Shown: positions 1-9,800 of the stretch, one piece after another
How positions within the stretch are numbered: the stretch's first letter is position 1
Layout of the letters: every line of letters starts with the position of its first letter
Assembly (NCBI GenBank): GCA_044230125.1
Contig: JBGARR010000012.1
Coordinates: forward strand, 234-64,233
Direction of reading: 5' to 3'
From: Phycisphaerales bacterium
GTDB taxonomy: Bacteria > Planctomycetota > Phycisphaerae > Phycisphaerales > SM1A02
Length of the DNA stretch: 64,000 nt
Notes under the pieces: generated by a model
The model's database searches: none
What the model saw: the letters and a program-made list of their open reading frames with translations, nothing else
Told to the model about the DNA's origin: nothing
Translations under genes and position numbers: made by a program

Positions 1-167
1 TGCTTGGCAGGAACGGACACGGAGCAGTCTTCGTTGATTTGTGGCACCAGGGACGCCTCACCCTCTCCGGTGGATGCGCCGTGGCAATGAACCGTCGCGA
101 CCTAGACTCGCTGCACGAAAGGGAGTCGCAGCTCGTGGCCGCGACGCAAGAGGAAAGGACGTTTCAG

Positions 168-830
168 ATGCAGACAAATCACTTCATGGTCGCGCTCGCG
201 GCGGCGACGGTCGTCGCGGCACCGTGCTTCGCCGATGACTTCGCACCGCCGTGGTACCGCGGGCAGCCGCTCTCGGTGCAGGCGGCTTGGGAATTCAACC
301 AGCCGGTCACCGGCTTCGACATCTACCCGGACTTCTTCAACGCCGTCGGCGGCGATGGCACGCTCTTCGATGGGTTCCAGACCAAGATCGAGCTGGACTC
401 CCCCAATTCCTGGGCGTGGATGCCGAACACGGGCGGGATCACCCCGACGGGACCCGGGGGCGCCTCGCTTTCCTTCAAGGTGCAGAACTTCGTTGATCAG
501 ATGCCGCAGAAGCTTGGCCGGATCCAGTTCACCTTCGACAGTGCGGTCGTCGCGTTCCTGCCGCCGGATGTCTTCAATGTTGCGGGCGTGATCGGCGGGC
601 AGGAGCTGCCCGGGACCTTTGGGCAGCTTCAGGTGGTGGACTCGCGCCACGCCTACGTCGACTTCACGATGATCCCGAATCCGTGGTGGGAGCACATCGA
701 TGTCTTCGTGCCCTTCGGCACCACGCTCGACGAGGTGGTGATCGACACCATCTCGATCCCTGGCCCAGGCGCCTTGGCGATCCTCTCGGTTGCCGGGCTC
801 ATGACCGGCGGTGCGCGTCGGCGCAGGTGA
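168..830 (+). CDS. PEP-CTERM-tagged secreted protein, function unknown
   Basis: ORF 39..830 trimmed to the internal ATG at 168, which is preceded by aggaaagga. The N-terminus MQTNHFMVALAAATVVAAPCFA looks like a signal peptide. The C-terminus IPGPGALAILSVAGLMTGGARRRR has the PEP-CTERM-type motif, a TM helix and an Arg cluster. Confidence 0.8.
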   Translation: MQTNHFMVALAAATVVAAPCFADDFAPPWYRGQPLSVQAAWEFNQPVTGFDIYPDFFNAVGGDGTLFDGFQTKIELDSPNSWAWMPNTGGITPTGPGGASLSFKVQNFVDQMPQKLGRIQFTFDSAVVAFLPPDVFNVAGVIGGQELPGTFGQLQVVDSRHAYVDFTMIPNPWWEHIDVFVPFGTTLDEVVIDTISIPGPGALAILSVAGLMTGGARRRR

Positions 831-866
831 GTTCCGTTCGGACCGCACCCTTCGGGCCGTCCCGCC

Positions 867-898
867 CCGCAGCCCCCGCTTCACTCCGGGGGCTGCGG
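867..898. terminator. GC-rich hairpin between convergent genes (candidate bidirectional terminator)
   Basis: ccgcagcccccg (867-878) pairs perfectly with cgggggctgcgg (887-898) across an 8-nt loop. It lies between the stops at 830 (+) and 946 (-). The T-tract is weak. Confidence 0.5.
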
Positions 899-945
899 CC
901 GTTCTGCGGGGGGGCCCTGCCGCCAAGATAATGTTCGCCGGGGAC

Positions 946-1878
946 CTACAGCGCACCGCCGCACTCGCTGCAGACGCTGGAATCGGTCCGCCGCGGGTAG
1001 CCGCAGTGGCGGCAGGCAAGGCGCGCCCATTGCGCGCGCGCCTGCCGGGTGTACAGCAGGATGATCGCGGGCCCGCAGAGCAGGATGAGGACGCACAGGC
1101 CATAGACGATTCCCCAGAAGCTGGACCAGCCGCACAGGCAACTGTCGCGCCGGCGCGCCCATGCGAGGGCGCTGACCGCCAGCGCCAGTTCCAGCGCGGT
1201 GCCCGCCAGCAGCCAGCGGAACACCCGCAGCACACCCTCGGGGTCGCGGCGCTGCCCCACCGCCCGGATCGCGAATGCCCAGAGCGTGCCCAGGAGCAGC
1301 CAGGCTCCGCCCCACACCACCGCGACGGTCATCGGCGACGAGAGCGGTGCGGGCGCATAGCCGCCCGCCTGTCCCGACGCCTGCGATGCCGTCGAAATCA
1401 GGTAGGCCAGGTCGTAGAGCGATGCCAGGACGCCGGCAGACAGCCCACCCGCGATGACCCCTGCGCCGACCACCGTTGCCCGCAGGGAGCGCCCCATCGG
1501 TGCGAGCGCAGGCGGTCCGACAATCGGCGCGATCAGCAGCACTGGTGCTGCCGCCAGCAGCACCACCGCCAGGCAGACGCTCCAGGCCGGGCCTGATGTG
1601 GAGGTGATGTCCTGCCACACGGACCAGACAAACCTGACATAGCGCGCGACGAGCTCGGCGGCGCCCGGCAACCCGTCTGCGAAGATCCGTGAAGCGGCGT
1701 CCGTGACTTCCGTCCAAGCGTCGCCAGGGGCGGTCAGGGCGTCGGTCAGCCAGATGATCATTGGCATTCCCGCGCCAATCACCGCCAGGTTCGCCGCAAA
1801 AAGCCCCAGCAGCGCCAGCGGTCGCCTGGCTCTGCGGAGGGCGGGCGGAGCCGAGGATGTCCTGCCGACGGTGGCCAT
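946..1878 (-). CDS. polytopic membrane protein with C-terminal CxxC...CxxC zinc-ribbon-like tail
   Basis: 310-aa ORF with several long hydrophobic segments (LALLGLFAANLAVIGAG, LAVVLLAAAPVLLIAPIV, VVWGGAWLLLGTLWAFAI, FWGIVYGLCVLILLCGPAIILL). The C-terminus reads CRHCGYPRRTDSSVCSECG. Third-position GC is high. Confidence 0.7.
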   Translation of the reverse strand: MATVGRTSSAPPALRRARRPLALLGLFAANLAVIGAGMPMIIWLTDALTAPGDAWTEVTDAASRIFADGLPGAAELVARYVRFVWSVWQDITSTSGPAWSVCLAVVLLAAAPVLLIAPIVGPPALAPMGRSLRATVVGAGVIAGGLSAGVLASLYDLAYLISTASQASGQAGGYAPAPLSSPMTVAVVWGGAWLLLGTLWAFAIRAVGQRRDPEGVLRVFRWLLAGTALELALAVSALAWARRRDSCLCGWSSFWGIVYGLCVLILLCGPAIILLYTRQARAQWARLACRHCGYPRRTDSSVCSECGGAL

Positions 1879-1953
1879 GGCTCGGGGATGCGGGTGAGGC
1901 GCGCTCTCGCTGGCGTCCGACCGGCTGCAAGGGGTGCGGCGTGCTGCGCGGCT

Positions 1954-4146
1954 TCAAGAGCCGGGTTCGCTCTCCGCTGCATTGATCCGCTTGATCTCCT
2001 TCAGCAGAAAGTCCATGTCCGTGAAGGGGTCTCCGCCGGTGCGCTTCCAGTGCACGCGCCCCTGAGCGTCGATGAGGATCGTGGAGTGCAGCTCGATCTC
2101 CTCGAAGTCGTCGTACGAGGTGAAGCGCCGCGCGTTCTGGTGGTCCGTGTCCGAAAGCAGCCGCACTGCCAGCTTGCCCAGCTTCTGCGATGCCTTGTTC
2201 TGCTCCGGGGGCGTGCTGCTGACCGCCAGCACCACCGTGTTCTCAGCGCTCCAGTCGCTGGCGCGCTTGTTGATCGCGATGAGCTGCTCCACGCAATGCA
2301 CGCACCCTTCGTTCAGGTAGAAGACCAGCAGCACGTTCTTGCCGCGGTACTCCTGCAACGTCACGGGCGTTCCGTCGGCGTCCACGCACTGCAGGTCCGG
2401 CGCCGGGGAGGGCTCCCAGTTGACGGGGCCGAGCGCAGCGAGCGTCTCCAGCCGGTACTCGCGCTCGGGCGCGGGCGTGGCCGCGATCGGTGGCGTCACG
2501 ATTCCAAGGGCGTTCACCTTGGTCTGCCACTTGAGCCCCGGATCGGCGTGCGCCCACACGTACGCCATCCGACCCGCGTCGCGCGTCAGGGCATCGCGGT
2601 CGCCCAGCGCCTCGTGGCACCGTGCAAGCCCCGCGATTGCGAAGGCGTCGTTCACCTCGGACTTCAGCGAGCGCTCGTACGCCTCGATCGCCAGCCGGTG
2701 CTCACCGTGCTCCGCCAGCGTGTCGCCCAGCAGGCGATAGAGGGTCCACGGGTAGGGCGGCGGGTCGTTTCGGTATGTGCCATCGTCGCGCTTCTTCTGC
2801 TCAAGCGCAGCCCCCTGCATTAGCAGGCGCGTGGCGTCCAGGATGTCCCCCTCGGCGGCCTTCAGCAGCCCCTCGGCCGCATCTGCCGCCAGTTCGAAGT
2901 CCAGGTTCATCGCCTGGTCCTTCTTGCTTTGGTCTTTGATGGCGCCACGAAGCTCGGCGATGCGCGAGCGGGCGTCCACCAGGTTTCCGATGCCGATGTT
3001 CGCCAGGGCCTCGGCAAAGGCGCGGTTCGCCTTGTCCGTCGCGGTGTCGCGCCATGGGATCGAACCCGCCTCCAGGATCTCCTTCCACCGCTCGAACTTG
3101 ATCATGCAGCGCACCAGCGCCTGCATGCCCTGGTCGAAGGCGCCGAAGTTGTCGTCCTTGTTGCGCTCCGGGTCGCGCGGCGCGGCGATCATCGCGCGCG
3201 CCCCGTCCATCGAGGCCTGCTCCATTCCAAGCTGCTCCTGGATGTAGCAGAGGTAGTTGCGGTTGTGCGCGAAGTTCCACGTCTCGAAGGGAAGCGCCAG
3301 GCGCTCGTTCATGTACTTCAGCTCGACGCGCGTGGCGGCGTCCAGCGAGAGCGCCGCCTCGCGCCACATGCCAAGCTTGCTGTAGTTGTGCCCGGGCATG
3401 TGGTTCGAGTGGCCGATGCCGGGGGCGATCTGGCCGTAGCGGCGGCAGCTCTCCAGAGCCTGCTCGGTCGACTCGTCATCCCAGTTGTGGATGCGGTAGT
3501 GATGCGCGCCCGGATGGTCCGGCTCCTTGGCCAGCACCTGCCGGATCACCTGCTCGACGCCGTAAGCATTGCCCTCGCCGATGCTGTACAGCGCGTACAG
3601 CGCCTTCGCCTCGACATCGTCGGGATAGGCGATGATGATCTTCTGCAGCGCGCGGAGCAGGTTCCGCTGTCGGTCGGCGGCCTCCCCGGTGAATGCCTTG
3701 TCCCACGCCTCGATGTAGAGCTGCTCGCGCGGCGATGCCAACGCCTTTCGCCGCACCGCTTCCTTCAGGAATCCCAGGCCGCGCTTTGCGTAGGGTGTGT
3801 CCAGTTCCGGTTCGCTGAACCAGTTCAGCTGGGTGGCCGCAAGCCCCCAGTATGCCATCGTGCACTCGGGGTCCAGCTTCAGGCACCAGCGGAAGGAGCG
3901 CTCCGCCTCCTCGAACCAGAAGGAGTGCAGCAGCGTGTTGCCTTGGTCGAACCACTCCTGCGCCTCGGGCACCTTGGTCGTCACCGGAAAATGCGTGTGG
4001 CCGATCCCCTCCATGCGCCACGGGCGCTGGCGCATGCCGGAATCGAAGGCGGAGCCGTGCGCCGAGTGCCCGGGCTGGTCATCGGCCGTGGCGACCTGGA
4101 GGAGGGCGAGCGCGGCAACCAGTCCGACGATGCGCAGGAGCTTCAT
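1954..4146 (-). CDS. secreted TPR-like helical protein fused to a C-terminal thioredoxin-fold (AhpC/TSA-redoxin-like) domain
   Basis: Signal peptide MKLLRIVGLVAALALLQVATA followed by a long helical repeat region. The C-terminus YRGKNVLLVFYLNEGCVHCVEQL carries a CxxC in a peroxiredoxin/thioredoxin-like context. Confidence 0.8.
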   Translation of the reverse strand: MKLLRIVGLVAALALLQVATADDQPGHSAHGSAFDSGMRQRPWRMEGIGHTHFPVTTKVPEAQEWFDQGNTLLHSFWFEEAERSFRWCLKLDPECTMAYWGLAATQLNWFSEPELDTPYAKRGLGFLKEAVRRKALASPREQLYIEAWDKAFTGEAADRQRNLLRALQKIIIAYPDDVEAKALYALYSIGEGNAYGVEQVIRQVLAKEPDHPGAHHYRIHNWDDESTEQALESCRRYGQIAPGIGHSNHMPGHNYSKLGMWREAALSLDAATRVELKYMNERLALPFETWNFAHNRNYLCYIQEQLGMEQASMDGARAMIAAPRDPERNKDDNFGAFDQGMQALVRCMIKFERWKEILEAGSIPWRDTATDKANRAFAEALANIGIGNLVDARSRIAELRGAIKDQSKKDQAMNLDFELAADAAEGLLKAAEGDILDATRLLMQGAALEQKKRDDGTYRNDPPPYPWTLYRLLGDTLAEHGEHRLAIEAYERSLKSEVNDAFAIAGLARCHEALGDRDALTRDAGRMAYVWAHADPGLKWQTKVNALGIVTPPIAATPAPEREYRLETLAALGPVNWEPSPAPDLQCVDADGTPVTLQEYRGKNVLLVFYLNEGCVHCVEQLIAINKRASDWSAENTVVLAVSSTPPEQNKASQKLGKLAVRLLSDTDHQNARRFTSYDDFEEIELHSTILIDAQGRVHWKRTGGDPFTDMDFLLKEIKRINAAESEPGS

Positions 4147-4190
4147 GGATGGCGGTATACCTCAACACCCAACACGGGAGCCCTGACGCC

Positions 4191-4907
4191 ATGAACCTGC
4201 CACCCATTGCCAAGCCGAACCACACGCTGGCCGAGTTCGTCCGCCGCACCACGCAGCGCGACCGCGGGCAGGGCGTCTTCGAGCTGGAGAGCGAACGCAT
4301 CCTTGAGCTGAATCTGGATGGCCGTGTATGGATGAAACTGGGCACGATGGTCGCGCACCACGGCGACGTGCGCTTCACCCGCGAGGGAATGATGGAGCAT
4401 GGGCTGGGCCGCATGCTGAAGCGCGCGCTCAGCGGCGAGTCCACCCCGCTTGCCAAGGCCGAGGGGCGCGGCACCGTCTATCTGGCGGATCGCGGCAAGA
4501 AGGTGATCGTGCTGGACCTGAGCGGCGAATCGGTCTGCGTCAATTCCAACGACGTGCTTGCATTCCAGGAGGGCCTGAAGTGGGACGTGGTGATGATGCG
4601 CAAGATGGCGGCGGTGCTCTCCGGCGGCCTCTTCAACATCCGTTTCGAGGGGCGCGGGATGCTGGCGGTGACGAGCCACCATGACCCGCTGACGCTGCGC
4701 GTCACGCCCGATCGCCCGGTCTTCACCGACCCGAACGCCACCATCCTGTGGAGCGGCAACCTGCAGCCCGAGCTGAAGACCGACATCAGCTTCCGCACCC
4801 TCCTTGGGCGCGGCGGCGGCGAAGCGCTGCAGATGCACTTCCGGGGCGATGGCTTCGTGGTGGTGCAGCCCTACGAAGAGGTCTACTTCGACGACGAAGG
4901 GGAGTGA
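4191..4907 (+). CDS. AIM24 (DUF124) family protein
   Basis: ORF 3852..4907 trimmed to the ATG at 4191, because the upstream part overlaps the antisense of the previous gene. The sequence ELESERILELNLDGRVWMKLGTMVAHHGDVRF...GGLFNIRFEGRGMLAVTSHH...GEALQMHFRGDGFVVVQP resembles AIM24-family proteins. Confidence 0.8.
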   Translation: MNLPPIAKPNHTLAEFVRRTTQRDRGQGVFELESERILELNLDGRVWMKLGTMVAHHGDVRFTREGMMEHGLGRMLKRALSGESTPLAKAEGRGTVYLADRGKKVIVLDLSGESVCVNSNDVLAFQEGLKWDVVMMRKMAAVLSGGLFNIRFEGRGMLAVTSHHDPLTLRVTPDRPVFTDPNATILWSGNLQPELKTDISFRTLLGRGGGEALQMHFRGDGFVVVQPYEEVYFDDEGE

Positions 4908-4938
4908 TGGCGGAAGCCCGGCGCCGTAGACTTCGCGG

Positions 4939-5499
4939 ATGGCACTGACACCTTGCCTACGCCGCGACCCGTCCGCCCCCCTGCGGCTGGCAGCTCCCGT
5001 GACCTTCGGCCTGCTCGCGGCGATCCTGCTGGGTGGCTGCGCAGGCTCGCGCTCCGGGGGCCTCAATGTTTTGGTGCCCGGCAGCGGAGATCGACCGGCG
5101 CAGGTGGTGCAACTGCCGCCGGACTGGGCACCGACGACCGTCCGCACCCTCCGTGCGTCACCGGGGTGCCTGGGTGTTGAAGTCAGCCAGACGGGGAGCG
5201 GCAGCAAGCGCACCATCTTCGCGATGTTCAAGGACAAGGCCGCCGTGGTCGCCTGGTACCGCAGTCCGGCGCACCAGGCGCTTCTGGGGAAGGTCAGCTT
5301 CTATCGCGATCACGAGTTCACCCCCGGCGCAGGGCTGGAAGAGGGCGCCGGCCCGGTGCTGGTGATCGCCTCCATGAGCCCTGCCCCCGCAGGTGAAGGC
5401 GTCCCCGCCGGAACTGTCTTGCTGAGCGTCGAGCTCTTCCGCCCGCTCCCCGGCGGGGTGCGCTTCGGCGGAGCTTCGTTCCTTCCGCGCGGCGACTGA
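4939..5499 (+). CDS. putative lipoprotein, function unknown (possible ABM/ferredoxin-like fold)
   Basis: The N-terminus ends in a lipobox-like LLGGC (LLAAILLGGCAGS). The segment IFAMFKDKAAVVAWYRSPAHQ is reminiscent of antibiotic-biosynthesis-monooxygenase-like domains. Confidence 0.6.
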   Translation: MALTPCLRRDPSAPLRLAAPVTFGLLAAILLGGCAGSRSGGLNVLVPGSGDRPAQVVQLPPDWAPTTVRTLRASPGCLGVEVSQTGSGSKRTIFAMFKDKAAVVAWYRSPAHQALLGKVSFYRDHEFTPGAGLEEGAGPVLVIASMSPAPAGEGVPAGTVLLSVELFRPLPGGVRFGGASFLPRGD

Positions 5500-5566
5500 G
5501 CGCGGCGACTGACCGCAGCGACGAGGCGCGGCCAGATACCCTTGCCGGTCTCAACGAGGAGACACG

Positions 5567-6808
5567 ATGCCAGCCTTTGATCCCACTGAATCCCTGGCCT
5601 CCCTGCGCCATGAGTTTGGCGAGCATGGCGGCGTCAACATGTCGATCGAGGCGAGCACCACCTTCACCGTGCTGGACGCCGAGACGATGCCGCAGATCTT
5701 TCGCGGGCAGCGCGGCCCCGAGTCCGGCGGCTGCTACCTGTACGGACGGCACTTCAACCCGACCGTCTATGTCCTGGGGCGCCAGCTGGCGGCGATGGAG
5801 GGGACGGAGTCCGGGTACTGCACCGCGAGCGGCCTAGGGGCGATCGCCGCCGTCCTGATGCAGGCATGCGACTCCGGCGACCACATCGTTTCGGCAGGCA
5901 CGATCTACGGAGGCACCTTCGCGCTGATGAACGACTACTTCCCGAAGAAGACGGGATGCCGGACGACCTTCGTGGACATGACCGACCTGGGCGCGGTCGA
6001 GGCCGCCTTCACGCCGCGCACCAAGGTCCTGTACGTCGAGTCGATGGCGAACCCGACGCTGCGGATCGCAGACATCCCGTCGCTGGCCGCGATCGCGGCG
6101 CGCAGGGGCGCGATGCTTGTGGTGGACAACACCTTCTGCCCGATGATGCTCTCCCCCGCCACCATGGGGGCCGCGGTGGTGGTGCACAGCCTGACGAAGT
6201 TCATCAGCGGCGCGTCGGACATCGTGGCCGGGGCGGTGTGCGCAAGCGCAGACTTCATCGCCAGCCTGATGGACGTGCACACCGGCTCGCTAATGCTTCT
6301 TGGCCCGACGATGGACCCGAAAGTGGCGCACACCCTCAGCCTGCGCGTGCCCCACCTGGGACTGCGCATCGCTGAGCACAGCCGCCGCGCCCTGCTCTTC
6401 GCCACGCGGCTGCATGACCGCGGGCTGGCGGTCGTCTATCCCGGGCTGCCGAATCATCCAGATCATGGGCTGGCGCGCCGGCTCTTCCGGCCGGAGTTCG
6501 GCTTCGGGGGCATCTTCACGGTGGACCTTGGCACGACCGCCCGTGCCTTCCGCTTCATGGAGCTGCTTCAGAACAAGGACCGCTTTGGGTACATGGCGGT
6601 GAGCCTGGGCTACTTCGACACCCTGATGTCCTGCTCGGCAAGTTCCACCTCCAGCGAGATGGGCGAGGAGGACCTGAGGCGAGCGGGCATCAGCCCGGGC
6701 CTGGTGCGCGTGTCAATCGGCTACACGGGGAGCACCGAGCAGCGCTGGGCGCAGATGGACGACGCGCTCAGGGAACTCGGGGAGACAGGACCCAGCGGCG
6801 GGCGGTGA
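5567..6808 (+). CDS. mgl: PLP-dependent Cys/Met-metabolism enzyme, closest by eye to plant-type methionine gamma-lyase
   Basis: RBS gaggag lies upstream. The N-terminus RHEFGEHGGVNMSIEASTTFTV...YGRHFNPTV is nearly collinear with plant MGL as I remember it. The PLP-lysine motif is HSLTKFISGASD. Confidence 0.8.
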   Translation: MPAFDPTESLASLRHEFGEHGGVNMSIEASTTFTVLDAETMPQIFRGQRGPESGGCYLYGRHFNPTVYVLGRQLAAMEGTESGYCTASGLGAIAAVLMQACDSGDHIVSAGTIYGGTFALMNDYFPKKTGCRTTFVDMTDLGAVEAAFTPRTKVLYVESMANPTLRIADIPSLAAIAARRGAMLVVDNTFCPMMLSPATMGAAVVVHSLTKFISGASDIVAGAVCASADFIASLMDVHTGSLMLLGPTMDPKVAHTLSLRVPHLGLRIAEHSRRALLFATRLHDRGLAVVYPGLPNHPDHGLARRLFRPEFGFGGIFTVDLGTTARAFRFMELLQNKDRFGYMAVSLGYFDTLMSCSASSTSSEMGEEDLRRAGISPGLVRVSIGYTGSTEQRWAQMDDALRELGETGPSGGR

Positions 6809-6882
6809 ATCCCGCGGGCCACGCGGCTCATCCGGACCAGCTTGCCAGCAGCAGCCCAAGGCCGGCGCCAATCACCAGTCCG

Positions 6883-9800
6883 TCAGCCCCCCGGCACCAC
6901 CGGCACCAGCTGCTTCATCGCCTTGCCAAGCGCATCGCCGACCAGGAAGTACGTCTCGGCGTTTCCGAACTCATGGTGCCCATGCCCGGGATTTGGCGAG
7001 TCCTCCGGCTTGCGGACGAAGTCATGCGTGGGGACGAAGAGCACGGTGCCACGAAACTCGGGGCGCGCCGCCGCGGCGGCCTGCGCGCGGCGGAGTGCGC
7101 CCCATTCGCCCGGTGCATCGACCCACGGCCCGGTGAGCTCGCCGACGACGACCGGAAGGCGCGGCGCGCCCAGGTCGCGTCGAAGATCGTTGATGAGGTT
7201 CACCAGGTTCTGCTCGTACTCGGGCACCGCCTTCGTCGGGTCGCAACCGTCGTTCCAGCCGTGGTACCAGACCAGTCCCGCAAGCTCGCACCCGCGGTCG
7301 CCGGCGGCGGGGAACTCCTGCTTCACGCTCGCCAGCGCCTCGGGGATGTCAGCGAGCATCCTGGTGTAGTAAGGGCCGACCGTGCCGCCCGAACTGGGCG
7401 GCCGGAAGTCGACGCACAGGCTCTTGCCGCCCCACGCGGTCTTGATGAGAAGCACCGGCTCCTCGAAGCAGTCGCCCAGCACCTGCCCAAGCTGCAGCTC
7501 GGGGCCGAAGTGATGCCTGCCCCCGTAGGGGGTGAAACCCAGGGTCAGCGGGCCGGCCTTCACCGGTCCCTCCTCGGGCTTGTAACGCACCCAGACATCG
7601 CTGCGCACCGCCCACCCCCCCTTCGCATCCTTCAGGTGCTTGAAACGGTCGGCCGTGGCCGGATCGCGGACCAGCGCGCTGAGCGTTCCCTTGCCTCCGT
7701 TGTAGTCCTTGCCTGCCAGGTCGGCGACCGCCTGCCCCTCCATGTTGGACTGCCCCGCCAGGATGAAGACCTTGATCGGTCGCGCGACGGCGCTGCTGCG
7801 CACCGAGCCCTCCTTCGGCGGCGTGGTGGCAATGCTGCGCAGCGCAGGCCTGGACTGTGAAGCGGCGATCGCCGCAATGGCTTGCTCCACCGCCAGCGTC
7901 TTCTTCCTCTTGCAATCGTCGGGGAAGTCCTTCTCGTCGCGGCAGGCCTTGGCGAGCGCACGCAGCTCGGGAAGCAGCGGTTTCGCGGCAGCGCCGTAGC
8001 TGACCAGCGCCTTCATGAGCTCGCCCATGCGATCCTGGCTCGCCCACGGATTCTGGTGCTTCGCATAGCCGAGGCATGCGAGCATGCCTTCTTCAATGCG
8101 GTGCTCGGCCAGCAGCCGCACGCCTGCAACGCGGATCTCGTCGGCGAACATCTCGCCGCTCGGCGCGCCACGCTCCACGGAGCGCAGGATGTCGGGCCAG
8201 AGCCCATCCAGCTGCGCTTCGCTCAGCTTGGGGTAGACCGATGCGACCTGCGCCCGGACCAGCCCGTCATCGGTGGCCAGCATCTGCCGGATGACCTGGA
8301 GGAGCAGCTCCGAATCGACGCCCGCGACCGAATCGGCCAGCAGCCCGCGGCGCGGACCGGTGTCCACGTACCCCGCCAGGAAGAGCGCGATTCCCAGGTA
8401 TCGCCGCGTGGTCTGGCGAGGATCGCCCGGCGTTCCTTCCTGCGCCAGCTTCAGCAGCGCCGGGACCGCCCGCTGCGCCGGCTTGCCGATCTCGGCAAGG
8501 GCGTAGGCGGCGCGGACCTGCAGCCACTGGTCGTGCCCGGAGAGCTGCTCGACCAGGGCGTCGACCGCCGGCGCGGCGCGCGTGCCCATGCACTCCAGTG
8601 CCTGGCACGCGCCATAGCGGGCGTTCATGTCACCGCTCCCGAGCATCGCGATCAGCTGCGGCACCGCCTCGGACTTCTTGAGCGCCAGTGCCTTCGCCGC
8701 GCGGTAGCGCACCGTCGGCGACCAGCTGCCCAGGGCCTGCAGCAGATCGGCATCCTTCCTGGTGATGTAGCAGTCATCCATGTGCCAGGCATCGAACCCC
8801 CGGCCAGCCTCGATGACCGATGAGAGCGCCGCGCCGGTGAGAGCGTTCGCGGGGTCCGCCCCCCTGCCGGTGATGTAGAGCCTGTGCAGCGGTGCAGACG
8901 CCGTGAGCAGGAAGACGCCGGTGGCATCCCATCCCTTGTAGGAATCGCTGGAGCCCGCGGCCTCCTGGTAGGTAAAGCCGCCACCCCAGCTTCGCGCCAG
9001 GTCGTAGAACCAGCGCTGCTCCTTCAGGTGCGCGGCGAGCGCGGCGTCCCCGGCGCGCGCGACCCCCAGCGGCCCCCAGAGGTAGCTGAAGTAGTTGCCG
9101 GTGTGGCCGAACTCGCGCTCGGCATGCGCCGCCGTGGACATCCGCGAGAAGAAACGCGTCGCCTCCTGGTCGCCAAGCAGATCAAAGGCGATGGCGACCT
9201 GGCCGTTCTTGCCATTGTTGTCGTGCAGGAAGTAGTAGGGGGCGTGGTCCCCGTAGGGAATGCTCCCCTTGCCGACGTAGAAGGCATAGAAGCGTCGCGA
9301 TCGCTCGATGGCCTCACGCACCACCGGCTCGTCCACGCCGCACTTCTGCGCCAGGATCAGCGACAGCCAGCACCCCGCGCCTGCCTGGTTGATCGCGCCG
9401 TAGCCACCCAGCCCGCCAGCATGCTCGGGAAGCGACATGCCGTGCCCCCAGGTGCCCACGCTGCTCTGCCCCATTGCAATCTTGGTGGAGTACTCCTTGA
9501 TCGCCGGCAGGACGTACTTGTCACCGGTGGCCAGGAAGTACTCGGCCAGGAAGAGGTTGGAGAAACCCCAGGTCCAGGCGAACATCCCGCTCTCCAGCTC
9601 AAGCTTCAGGCCCGGGGGACCGACCTGGTGGGCAAGCGCCCGCACCTGCGCAAGGTGCTCCGGCCGCCCGGTGGCGAGCAGGCCAAGCGCGTTGACCTGG
9701 GCGGCGATCGAGTCCCCAAGGCCGTGCTCGGCCAGGTGCCGACATGCCTGGTCGATGATGTGCGCGGTCTTGGCGCAATCCCGGGGCGCGGCATCGCCGT

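Noticed and set aside
5500-5566. A possible SAM/Met-responsive riboswitch upstream of the methionine gamma-lyase-like gene.
   Set aside because: The spacer is only 67 nt and shows none of the conserved SAM riboswitch cores that I can recall.
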